Assembly (NCBI GenBank): GCA_046329055.1
Contig: JAXLVK010000014.1
Coordinates: 5,506 to 69,505 of the forward strand
Length of the DNA stretch: 64,000 bases
Direction: 5' to 3'
DNA from: Bacteroidia bacterium
GTDB lineage: Bacteria > Bacteroidota > Bacteroidia > J057 > JADKCL01
This document shows positions 55,848 through 64,000 of this stretch, piece after piece; within the stretch, counting starts at the first letter, position 1, and each line of letters begins with the position of its first letter. Under the pieces are notes generated by a model that worked only from the letters and a program-made list of their open reading frames with translations, made no database searches and was not told the origin of the DNA. The position numbers were made by a program, and so were the translations under genes.

Positions 55848-57044
55848 TCACCCCACCTTCTTCCGGTGGATGTACACCGTCCAGCCGAGCCGCAGCAGCA
55901 CCGCGAGGATCATCGGGTAAAATGCCGCGTGCAGGCCACAATGCAGGAAAAAGGCTGAGAGGGTCACCGGGATCATGACCATGGCGTATTTCAATGCAAG
56001 GGGGCGGCTGCGACGCATCACGAGCATGAAGGCGTAAATCAGGTGCAGCGGACTCGCCCAGAGCATGTTCAGGTTCCAATAGGTGGCTTGGTGATCGGTG
56101 GCGATCCAGAACAGGAGCAGCAGCACCCCCAGCAGGCCAAAGACGAAGAAGAGCAGGAAGTCAAATCCCCTGTATGGCCGCCGGGCGCGGAATCCGAGGA
56201 AGGTGACGGCGGCTGTGAGCGCGAAGATGATCCATCCCAGGATGTGCGGGCCGTATTGGAAGGCGGTGATTTCGCTCTTGGGCATTTCGAGCAGGACTTG
56301 CTGACTCGCCACAAGGGGCTTCCATTGGCCGTCGAGCTTGACTTCGGCGGTGTTCAGGGCTTGGAGCAGGTAGTCCGGCAGGAACATGGCGCCTTGCTGA
56401 TTGGCGGTCTTGTCGGTGGGGCGGCCCAATGCAAGGTCGATCCCAAAGTCCGCCCATACCTCGTTGCGGAGGTAGCCGTCGATGAGTTCCCGGTAGGTGC
56501 CGTAGTCGTCGCCTTCCTTTGGCTTCCAGCGCAGGTCTGGGCCGAGCGCCTTGGCGATCACGTCGCGCTCGCGGGTGGCGCAGTTGTCGTAGAAGAAGTC
56601 GTATTTATAGTATTTGTTGTCAGGGAGTTCGTTGACGAGGAGGGCGTCGAAGATGGCTTTCTTCTGAGCCTCGCTCAGGTTGAGGGTCTGCTCGGTGATG
56701 CTCCGCCTTTCTTGCTGGTACTCAGCATAAAAGTGCCGATAACTGTAGCTCAGGACATAGTACAGCAATTTTCCCCGCGCGAACTTCATCAAGAAATTGG
56801 GAGTGTCGAACTCAAATACGCCGTAATTCCAGACCCAATCGAGGCGACTGGTGGAGTCTTGAATGCGCAAGGCACTGTGTCCGAACACACTGTACAGCTC
56901 TGTCCCGGGCGAGCAAGTGAGCACGCTGAACTTGGCTGCCGGACTCAATGTGGAGACAGGGGGCTGGGCCTTAAGGGGATTCAGGCAAATCAAAATCCCA
57001 ATGAACAGCGTCAACAGGAATCGGTTCCGGAGGGTAGCGGACAT
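55848..57044 (-). CDS. DUF4105-domain membrane protein (Lnb-type, putative lipoprotein N-acyltransferase family)
   Basis: From the ATG at 57044: signal, then FSVLTCSPGTELYSVFGHSALRIQD (DUF4105 hallmark), then a C-terminal multi-TM region. Confidence 0.75.
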   Translation of the reverse strand: MSATLRNRFLLTLFIGILICLNPLKAQPPVSTLSPAAKFSVLTCSPGTELYSVFGHSALRIQDSTSRLDWVWNYGVFEFDTPNFLMKFARGKLLYYVLSYSYRHFYAEYQQERRSITEQTLNLSEAQKKAIFDALLVNELPDNKYYKYDFFYDNCATRERDVIAKALGPDLRWKPKEGDDYGTYRELIDGYLRNEVWADFGIDLALGRPTDKTANQQGAMFLPDYLLQALNTAEVKLDGQWKPLVASQQVLLEMPKSEITAFQYGPHILGWIIFALTAAVTFLGFRARRPYRGFDFLLFFVFGLLGVLLLLFWIATDHQATYWNLNMLWASPLHLIYAFMLVMRRSRPLALKYAMVMIPVTLSAFFLHCGLHAAFYPMILAVLLRLGWTVYIHRKKVG

Positions 57045-57129
57045 TTGAAAGGACTGAAGTGGATTCTGAAACGGACGCGAGGGCGATGTCATGCCCAAAT
57101 TTAGGATTTCTCCGAGATGGGAGTTGCAA

Positions 57130-57753
57130 TTACCACATCTTCCTGACCAATGCCTCCAATCGATTGCCTTCGCGGAGTTCGAGGTTCAGGGGCTTGTCGG
57201 CTTGCTTCTGGTCGAAGACGAGGGCTTTGCCGCATGGGGATGGGCTCAGGACCATGGCAACAGGTGACTTGCCGCGGTTGCGGACGGCAATGGCCCACTG
57301 TGCGACCATGGGGCAGGACTTGACGTTGGTATTGTCGTAGGTGGTGCTGTCGAGGAGGGCTGCCTTGATGTCCGCGACTTCGGTGGAGAGCAGGGGATGG
57401 ACCTTTTTTACTTCGTAGTCGAAGATGTAGCGGATGCCTTGCTTGTGCTCAGCGGGCAGGGTCTGGTAGCCGTCGATTTCGCAGGCCCAGAGGGTGTCGG
57501 CGGTGGCGAGCGTTTTTTGGAAACGGTCGAGGGTGCTGGTGGGTTTGCAGGCTGCTAGGATTATGGTGATGACCAGTAGGGCGGCGGCAGGGACTCGCCA
57601 ATTGGGGGAGTTGCGTTTTGGGCTCGGGCTGATTCCTCGACTGGTGCTGCCTCGCCGCCCCCTTCGACGATGCTCAGGGCAGGGTCCGGCGGCGTTTTCG
57701 ATCGGCGTGCCCCGATAGATCGGGACCGCCTCGTATCTATCACTAGCGTCCAT
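57130..57753 (-). CDS. Hypothetical membrane-anchored or lipoprotein-like protein coupled to the caspase-like gene
   Basis: The ATG at 57753 overlaps the upstream gene by 11 nt. Basic N-terminus, hydrophobic segment AAALLVITIILAAC, then a ~135-aa domain. The start is uncertain. Confidence 0.45.
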   Translation of the reverse strand: MDASDRYEAVPIYRGTPIENAAGPCPEHRRRGRRGSTSRGISPSPKRNSPNWRVPAAALLVITIILAACKPTSTLDRFQKTLATADTLWACEIDGYQTLPAEHKQGIRYIFDYEVKKVHPLLSTEVADIKAALLDSTTYDNTNVKSCPMVAQWAIAVRNRGKSPVAMVLSPSPCGKALVFDQKQADKPLNLELREGNRLEALVRKMW

Positions 57754-59062
57754 AGGTGATCTCGGAGTAGTAGAGGCCATTTTGGACGGTGCAGTTGGAG
57801 CAGGCGGCTTTGGTGGACTTGTAGCGGGCGCCGCTGATGGTGTTTTTGATGAGGCCATCCCAGTCTGCTTCGTCCTTGTGGAGGTAGCTGATCTCGTCGC
57901 GCAGGGATTGGAGGAAGCTGACGGTGTAGAAGCCGCCGTTCGCATTGTTGGCCCAGGAGACTTCGCCGGGGCTCGCTGCGGTGGAGATGAGGCTGCCCTT
58001 GCTGTTCAGGAAGAGCTTGCGCAGGCGCTGGACATCGTAGTTGTTGTTGGCTTGCATGTTCATGAAGCTGGCGGAGGTCATCTGGCTGATGCCCACATCA
58101 CTGTTGCAGCAGTCGGCGAGGAAGAGGTTGAGGCGGGCACCCTTGGCGGTGACGGTGTTGTACACCTCCTCCAGGTTGATGGAGGTGGCCTCGGAGATGC
58201 GGGCGTAGCTGGTGTAGCGCAGGTCGAGCTGCGGATAGGTCTCCTCCTGGTTGGACCAGCGGAATCCGTGGCCCCGGTAGATGAAGATGACGACGTCGTT
58301 GGCGGTGGGCTTGAGGCCGCTCAGGGTAGAGACGACATTGGCCTTGGTGAAGTTCTGGTCCTCGATGATGTACTGCTTGTAGCCCATGCCGACGGCCTCG
58401 GCGATGCCCTTGAACTCGCTCACGAGGTTGCGCTTGTCGATGCCGCAGCTGGCCCCGATGTCCCCGATCGCGGTGTTGGCGACGATCATGAGGTGGAGGG
58501 TGGCCTTGGCATTGTTGATCGGGGTGACCACGGGGGTGGTGTTCTTGTCCAAGCCAAAGAGCTTGCGCAACGCGAGGTATTCGGGCTCAGTGGGGCTGAA
58601 AAAGCCCTTGAGGTAGGCCTCCGTCGCCTTTTGCTTGGTGACGGTGGTGTAGCTCATCACCTTGGTGGCATTGGACATGTCGTACTCGGGGTCGTCCGAG
58701 GTGTAGGGCAGGTCGTAGTCGCCGCCGTCTTCCCAGACCCAGATGAAGTGGTCGGGATTATAGGTTTCGCCCTGTGCGTCCGTGATGAAGTGGGCATTGT
58801 CGCCGACGAGGAAGAAGTAGTTCTCGCCATCCTCCTCGCCCGTGGTGGCGACGTAGTCCGCGTGGACCACCCGGTACTTGCCGCCCTTGGTGTAGGCGAT
58901 GCGCATGAAGGCCTCCTCTTCATCGGTATAGACGAGCAGCCCGGTGTAGATGGTGCCATCGGAACCCTTGTACTTGAGTTCGCTTACGTCTTGGGCAAAT
59001 GCGAGCCGGGCAGTGGCCATCAGCAAGCAAAGCAACAGGGGCAGGTGGAGTCTCAATTTCAT
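57743..59062 (-). CDS. Secreted caspase-like (peptidase C14) protein with a ~190-aa N-terminal domain of unknown function
   Basis: Signal peptide from the ATG at 59062. Caspase His/Cys dyad context: VVIFIYRGHGF and LNLFLADCCNSD. Confidence 0.75.
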   Translation of the reverse strand: MKLRLHLPLLLCLLMATARLAFAQDVSELKYKGSDGTIYTGLLVYTDEEEAFMRIAYTKGGKYRVVHADYVATTGEEDGENYFFLVGDNAHFITDAQGETYNPDHFIWVWEDGGDYDLPYTSDDPEYDMSNATKVMSYTTVTKQKATEAYLKGFFSPTEPEYLALRKLFGLDKNTTPVVTPINNAKATLHLMIVANTAIGDIGASCGIDKRNLVSEFKGIAEAVGMGYKQYIIEDQNFTKANVVSTLSGLKPTANDVVIFIYRGHGFRWSNQEETYPQLDLRYTSYARISEATSINLEEVYNTVTAKGARLNLFLADCCNSDVGISQMTSASFMNMQANNNYDVQRLRKLFLNSKGSLISTAASPGEVSWANNANGGFYTVSFLQSLRDEISYLHKDEADWDGLIKNTISGARYKSTKAACSNCTVQNGLYYSEITYGR

Positions 59063-59173
59063 GACCAGATCAAGCAATTCTGCAATCGCCACAAAGCTAA
59101 GGATTCCAATGACGGAAGCCGCCCTGTGACCATCATTTCATTGAGCCACAGCAAATCGCGGGCCGAATTTTTC

Positions 59174-59632
59174 TCAGTCCATCATGCGCTTGAGCGCCAT
59201 GGCATAGCCGAGGTGCAATGCCTCGTGCACGGCGACGAAGCGGATGGCATCCTCCACGCTCGTGAGGTGGACACCGAATCCGGTGGTATAGGGCTCAAAT
59301 TGCTGGAATTTGCCTGCGGCGTAGTCGGCTTCGAGTGCGTCCAGGGTGGTCAATGCCCACTGACGGAGTTGGGCGACCTCGGCGGAGTTGTTCTTGCCAT
59401 CAGGTGCGGTGCCTCGGCGGTATTTCTCGATCACAGCCTCGTCCATGTGGTACGGCAGCCCTGTCGGGCGATAGACCAGCAATTGCGTGGAGACCAATGC
59501 ATGTGCAAAGTTCCAGAGCAGGTTGTTGTTGAAACCGTGGGGGACGAGGTTGAGGGTGGCGAGGCTGTGGCCTTCGATGAGTTTGAGGAAATTTTGCCGG
59601 GTCTGGCGGAGGATGGCGAAGGAGTGCTCCAT
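59174..59632 (-). CDS. DinB-family (DinB_2) four-helix-bundle metalloprotein
   Basis: NLLWNFAHALVSTQ (His1) and AVHEALHLGYAMAL (HxxxH). Confidence 0.75.
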   Translation of the reverse strand: MEHSFAILRQTRQNFLKLIEGHSLATLNLVPHGFNNNLLWNFAHALVSTQLLVYRPTGLPYHMDEAVIEKYRRGTAPDGKNNSAEVAQLRQWALTTLDALEADYAAGKFQQFEPYTTGFGVHLTSVEDAIRFVAVHEALHLGYAMALKRMMD

Positions 59633-59817
59633 TTTCTAGTTGATAGTTGACAAGGGAGAGTTGATAGGGGCCGGCATGGGTTTGACGGGTAACCATGTTG
59701 CTGAACTGAGTTGGGTGGCATTGGGTTTTGGAATTGGGGACGATTCATTGAGATTTCTCATGGCGGTATCGTTTAGGGGATTTGGCGTTATCTTTTCATC
59801 ATCCACCGCTATTGGTC

Positions 59818-60552
59818 ATGCATCGCATCCTCCTCCTTTGTTTTCTGCTTGCAATGGGTGTCGTGAGCCACGCTCAGAGCAATGCCCGGCTGGGATTCCA
59901 GGTGGGAATGGGCAGCAGCTGGGACTACGGGATCGAGATGCCCAATGTGCCGGGCTACGCGCCCTACTCGAGTGCGCGGACGAGCGCATGGAGTTTCGAT
60001 GCATTTGTGGGAATCCCATTTGGGCGGCTCACGGTGTATCCGACCTTCATCTATTCGGTGCCCTACCGCAGCATCCTGATCGAAAACCTGAATGGCGACT
60101 ACATCCCAGAGGGGTACTCCATCTCCCTGCCCTACTCCACGAACAATCCCGACGAGATCGACGGCCCGACCTACTACGACCTGAGTTCGCGGGCCATGAT
60201 TTGGGAACAGAAGCTGGGGGCCATGGCGCTCTTCCATGTCGGGGGAGGCTTGGAATTCGGGACGGGCATCTTCCGGCGACAGAAGACGATCACCATCACC
60301 TCCCCGGTCCTGTACGATGCCTACTGGTACGAGAGCTCGACGGGAACCCAGACCGACAACTACAGCTACTACGACACCTATACCGATCATTTTGAATTCG
60401 ATGAGATCACGTTCAACAGCATCAGCGTCCCGCTGGTGATGCAGTGGCGGTATGAGAGCTCGTACCTCTACACGGGAACCTCGATCGTGCGCTGGGTGGG
60501 CGGAGGCGATGCGTACTGGAGCTTCCGGTTCACAACGGGCTTTCATTTCTGA
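59818..60552 (+). CDS. Hypothetical outer-membrane beta-barrel protein
   Basis: Signal peptide from the ATG at 59818 (MHRILLLCFLLAMGVVSHAQS). Tyr/Ser/Thr-rich alternating strands. C-terminal ...FTTGFHF. Confidence 0.55.
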   Translation: MHRILLLCFLLAMGVVSHAQSNARLGFQVGMGSSWDYGIEMPNVPGYAPYSSARTSAWSFDAFVGIPFGRLTVYPTFIYSVPYRSILIENLNGDYIPEGYSISLPYSTNNPDEIDGPTYYDLSSRAMIWEQKLGAMALFHVGGGLEFGTGIFRRQKTITITSPVLYDAYWYESSTGTQTDNYSYYDTYTDHFEFDEITFNSISVPLVMQWRYESSYLYTGTSIVRWVGGGDAYWSFRFTTGFHF

Positions 60553-60654
60553 CTGGGCGGAACCGGGCGATTCATCGCATAGAATGTCGAGGAACCATCG
60601 GGGGAACATTGCCTTGAATGGCTTTTTACCATGCATCACCATTGGGCTATCCAG

Positions 60655-60709
60655 GGAGATGCCACGGAGATGGTGCGGAGATCATGCGGAGATGGTGCGG
60701 AGATACTGT
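60655..60709. repeat. 11-bp tandem word repeat (GGAGATnnnnC x5)
   Basis: GGAGATGCCAC GGAGATGGTGC GGAGATCATGC GGAGATGGTGC GGAGATACTGT. Confidence 0.6.
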
Positions 60710-61214
60710 GCGACAAACCCTCCTATCGCGTTGTAATCCAATTGATTACCACAGACATCCTTGCAGCGATTTCGTGAGTTTTTGACACGAGATGTCAAGG
60801 ATTTAGGGGCGGCACAGGTGGGGTGGGCCATGCTAAAGGTGTGAGGATTTCGGGAAGAATGCAATGCGGAAGGCCAGGGCAATCGCTCCTAATTTCGCCC
60901 GGGATTGAGGCGACGGCCTCCAGCCGGACGCGGCCCCTGCCGCTGGCATACCCGCCCTGAGCTTGTCGAAGGGTTGCCAGCGTAAACCGAGATTCCGATT
61001 AAATCTTCGAGATTCTGGAGTCCCTGCGCCAGAGGCTTGAGCAGGATAGCCCTGTGGCCGGGAGGCCACGGGCTCGAATGCGTTGCGGTTAAGAGCGATT
61101 GCCCTGCGAGGAAGGCCAAAAATCGGGCCTAGTGACTGAATGAATCGTTGATTGTCTCGGCGGTGGCTTGGGATGGGTTTGATTTGGGCCCGATCCCCTA
61201 ACTTCGCCATCCGA

Positions 61215-62099
61215 ATGGAAGCCCGGTCCCGTGCCTATCTGCAAATCCATACAGCCGTGCTCTTGTACGGCCTCACGGGCATATTGGGGGACCTCATCTC
61301 GATTCCGAAGCCCACGCTGGTCTGGTGGCGGCTGATCCTGACGGTGCTGACCTTCCTGTTTTGGCCGGGAGTGGTGCGGGATGCGATGCGGCTGGAGCGC
61401 AAGGTGCTGCTACGGATGATGGGCATCGGGGTACTGGTCGCAATCCATTGGGTGACATTTTTCGGGGCAATCGCCCTGACGAATGCCTCCGTCACGCTGG
61501 CGATGCTGGCAAGCTCCCCCTTCTTCACTGCCTTGCTGGAGCCGATCATCACCGGCCGACGGTTCAAGGGGTACGAGTTGCTGCTCGGCCTCGTGGTGAT
61601 TCCGGGCGTGGCCCTCGTGGTGGGAAGCACCGATTTTGAGATCCTGGGCATCATCGTCGCCTTGTTCTCGGCGGCCGTGGCTTGTGTGTTCAGCATCCTC
61701 AACAAGGGACTGGTGGGCAAGCAGAATCCCATGACGATGACCCTCGTGGAGCTGGGTTCGGGCCTTCTGTTCCTCTCACTGCTCGCGCCGATTTACTATG
61801 GGATGATGCCGGAGATGCCGTTTTTGCCCGTGAAATGGGACTGGGTCTATCTGGCGATCCTGGCATTTGGCTGCACCTCGTTTGCCTACGTGATCACGCT
61901 GCGCGCCCTGCAAGTGCTGCCGACCTTTACCATCAACCTCACCATCAATCTGGAGCCGATTTATACCATGATCATCGCCTATTTCATGCTGGACGACGCG
62001 AGCGAGCTGAATCTGGGCTTCTACGTCGGGGCGGCGGTGATCATCGTGTCGGTGTTCCTGCATCCGTTGCTGGCGCGGCGGTTTGATAGGGCTGTCTGA
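61215..62099 (+). CDS. EamA/DMT-superfamily transporter
   Basis: Ten hydrophobic helices in two EamA-like halves. Start set at the ATG at 61215. Confidence 0.8.
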   Translation: MEARSRAYLQIHTAVLLYGLTGILGDLISIPKPTLVWWRLILTVLTFLFWPGVVRDAMRLERKVLLRMMGIGVLVAIHWVTFFGAIALTNASVTLAMLASSPFFTALLEPIITGRRFKGYELLLGLVVIPGVALVVGSTDFEILGIIVALFSAAVACVFSILNKGLVGKQNPMTMTLVELGSGLLFLSLLAPIYYGMMPEMPFLPVKWDWVYLAILAFGCTSFAYVITLRALQVLPTFTINLTINLEPIYTMIIAYFMLDDASELNLGFYVGAAVIIVSVFLHPLLARRFDRAV

Positions 62100-62100
62100 A

Positions 62101-62235
62101 GCAGAATTCACAGGATTCACTGAATTCACAGAATGCAGATGTCTGAATCAGAATTCTCGGAATTCGCAGAATATGTCTGAATCAGAATTGTCAGGATTCG
62201 CCGAATTTCAGAAGGCAGGAGCAGAATTCAGTGAG
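62101..62235. repeat. GAATTC/AATCAGAATT word-repeat block
   Basis: Degenerate repeats of GAATTCACAG / TCTGAATCAGAATT. The 10-mer ATCAGAATTC also occurs at 55747-55756, in a similar block upstream of susC. Confidence 0.5.
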
Positions 62236-62308
62236 TTTCCATTGTGGGGACTTTTGCAGGATGAGATGGGGAGGCGGCCTTATCGAGGCTCAGAGTTATA
62301 TTTGTGGC

Positions 62309-63247
62309 ATGACCCGTTTCCTTCGAATCGCTGCATTTGTTTTGGGGGTGGCGCTGCTGCTTCCTGCCTGCAAGGAATCCGCTGGCTCTTCCAAGAAGCG
62401 CCGGACCAAGTGGCTGCCCTACGTGGAGCAGGCTGCCTTGGATGAAAATGCCTTGCGTGCCCGCTTGCATGTGATGTCGCGGGAGGCGAAAACCAATGCG
62501 CCCTCGGACACGGGGATCGTCTGGTTTCCTTCGGAGACGATCCTCTACAATGCCTACGGGCAGCCGACGATGGCGCAGGAGTTTGACCAAACGGGCGCGA
62601 TGGTCAAGGAGACCCGCAGCGATTACCAGGACAGCCTGCTGGTGCGTCAGGCGGTGAACGAAAAATCCGGCTACAGCTCCGCCATCCACACCACCTACAA
62701 TGCCGCCAAACTCAAGGTCTCCGAGTTGCTGTTCCAGCGCGGGGACAGCATCATGCGCCGCGAGTACAAGGTGGACGACCTGGGCAATGAGTTGGAAGTG
62801 AGCCTGATCCGCTACCGCGACAGCAGCCGCTACAAGCTGGTCACGGAGCGCGACGACCTGGGCCGCCCCGTCAATGTCAAGGAAATGCAAGGCGAGAAGA
62901 CGAACTGGACGGAGACCTACGAGATCAGCGATACCCTGTGGCGCATCCTCCGCAAGGAAACCTCGGGCAAGCTCCAGAGCGACTACGAAATGCGGTTCGA
63001 CAAGGAGGGACGCATCACCCGCATGGTCAATCGGAACCCGGACGGCAAGGCGCGCATCCAGGTCGATTACACCTACGACGCCAAAGGGCATCCGCTCACG
63101 GAATCCTACATTGGAGGGAATGGACAGCCCATGCAAACGATGGAATTCAGCTACGACGACAAGGGATTGATCACCGAGCGGCGGCTCATCGTGCCCAATC
63201 AGCCCTTTGTGCTGACGACGCGGTACACTTACATCTTCCGGAAATAA
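62309..63247 (+). CDS. Lipoprotein with YD-type repeats
   Basis: Lipobox LLLPAC from the ATG at 62309. Repeats: YKVDDLGNELEV, ERDDLGRPVNV, MRFDKEGRITRM, YTYDAKGHPLTE, FSYDDKGLITER. Confidence 0.6.
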   Translation: MTRFLRIAAFVLGVALLLPACKESAGSSKKRRTKWLPYVEQAALDENALRARLHVMSREAKTNAPSDTGIVWFPSETILYNAYGQPTMAQEFDQTGAMVKETRSDYQDSLLVRQAVNEKSGYSSAIHTTYNAAKLKVSELLFQRGDSIMRREYKVDDLGNELEVSLIRYRDSSRYKLVTERDDLGRPVNVKEMQGEKTNWTETYEISDTLWRILRKETSGKLQSDYEMRFDKEGRITRMVNRNPDGKARIQVDYTYDAKGHPLTESYIGGNGQPMQTMEFSYDDKGLITERRLIVPNQPFVLTTRYTYIFRK

Positions 63248-63250
63248 GGG

Positions 63251-64000
63251 TCAATCCCTGCAATTGATCTCGATCCAGACCTGCGCCTTCTCGGCGGTGG
63301 GTCCGGTGTCCACCTTGAGCACTTGGTGCCAATCCTTGCATGCGCCCTTGTAGTCGCCGAGCACGCGCTTGGCCTCGCCCCGGTTCAGGAAAGCCTCGGA
63401 GGCGGTTTTGTCAAGGGAAATGCAGCGGTCGTAAGCGGCGATGGCGTCCTTGTAACGGCGTTGCTTGAAGAAGATGCGGCCCATCAGCAGCCATCCTTCC
63501 GGCTCCTTGGGGGCGAGTTCGGTGGCCTTGAGGACTGCGGTCATGGCCTCGTCGTATTGCTCCAACTCGGCGTGAAGGAAGGCCTTGTTCCACCAACTCG
63601 TGGCAAACGTGGTGTCCGCAGCGATGGCACTGTCGAAATCGATCCGCGCGTCGTCCTTCAGTTCCAATGCCAGCAGGATGATGCCCCGGTTCAGGTGGGC
63701 GTCACGGTCTCCCGGACGCTTCTCGAGGACCATGGAATAGGCCTTCATTGCCTCGTAGGCATTGTTTTGGCGGACTTGGACATTGGCGAGGTTGAACCAA
63801 GCGTCGGGATCGTCGGCATCGAGGGCGAGGACGAGGTTGTAATCGGTCACGGCCTCTGGCAGATTGCCAAGGGAGGTCTGGGCGTTGCCACGGAGCATGA
63901 AAGCCTCCTTGTCGAGCGGGTTGGCATCGATGGCGCGGCTGTAATAGTCCACGGCCTGCCCTGCGCTGCCCGATGCGAAGAAGATGGCCCGGCCGTTTCC
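63251..64000 (-). CDS. TPR-repeat protein, 5' end outside the window
   Basis: Consecutive 34-aa TPR units (AIAAYDRCISLDKTASEAFLNRGEA...). The frame has no stop up to position 64000. Confidence 0.7.
   Translation of the reverse strand, partial: GNGRAIFFASGSAGQAVDYYSRAIDANPLDKEAFMLRGNAQTSLGNLPEAVTDYNLVLALDADDPDAWFNLANVQVRQNNAYEAMKAYSMVLEKRPGDRDAHLNRGIILLALELKDDARIDFDSAIAADTTFATSWWNKAFLHAELEQYDEAMTAVLKATELAPKEPEGWLLMGRIFFKQRRYKDAIAAYDRCISLDKTASEAFLNRGEAKRVLGDYKGACKDWHQVLKVDTGPTAEKAQVWIEINCRD

Noticed and set aside
57782-59650. 622-aa plus-strand ORF
   Set aside because: It is antisense to the caspase-like and DinB genes. It is a Gly/Val/Asp/Ala-rich artefact.
60833-61210. 125-aa minus-strand ORF containing 'PFDKLRAG'
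   Set aside because: It sits in repeat- and hairpin-rich intergenic DNA. The peptide word is a by-product of a non-coding repeat common in this phylum.
1-64000. Search by eye for rRNA, tRNA, tmRNA, RNase P and SRP RNA signatures
   Set aside because: No conserved cores were recognised in the intergenic regions (for example the RNase P GGAAAGTCCGGGC box or a tmRNA tag ORF). This visual scan is weak; tRNAscan-SE or Infernal should be run to confirm.

Overview
64-kb chromosomal window, most likely from a fairly G+C-rich member of the Bacteroidota. Supporting this assignment are a SusC/SusD pair, a DUF4105 (Lnb-type) gene, a type III pantothenate kinase and TAnnTTTG-like promoter motifs. No rRNA, tRNA or CRISPR array was seen by eye. 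The backbone is housekeeping: split transketolase, PiT phosphate transporter plus DUF47 partner, sodA, a nuoG-like gene, coaX-birA, rsfS, clpS, an FKBP isomerase, an M28 peptidase and two orphan TPR sensor histidine kinases. Accessory content worth follow-up is listed here. (1) A calpain-like cysteine protease whose stop overlaps (ATGA) the start of a small signal-peptide, Cys-rich protein, in a visibly AT-richer islet; this is a candidate effector/immunity or protease/inhibitor pair. (2) A same-strand cluster of uncharacterised genes (14.7-19.9 kb) with two tandem AlkB-like 2OG-Fe(II) dioxygenase paralogs, one frameshifted, next to an Rpn/PD-(D/E)XK nuclease gene. (3) A secreted caspase-like (C14) protease coupled to a small membrane protein. 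(4) Two adjacent CotH-kinase-like genes. (5) An outer-membrane beta-barrel carrying a ~145-aa charged coiled-coil insertion. (6) A lytic transglycosylase + 2x SGNH + MBOAT cluster resembling peptidoglycan O-acetylation loci. (7) A SusC/SusD locus with no glycoside hydrolase or regulator. (8) A polytopic membrane-protein gene broken by a frameshift and a repeat insertion. Intergenic regions carry many short word repeats, GC-rich hairpins, a 3 x 72-bp tandem array and a MITE-like dispersed repeat. All functional calls rest on motif recognition by eye; no database search was possible. Many long ORFs in the track are antisense artefacts of the high G+C content.
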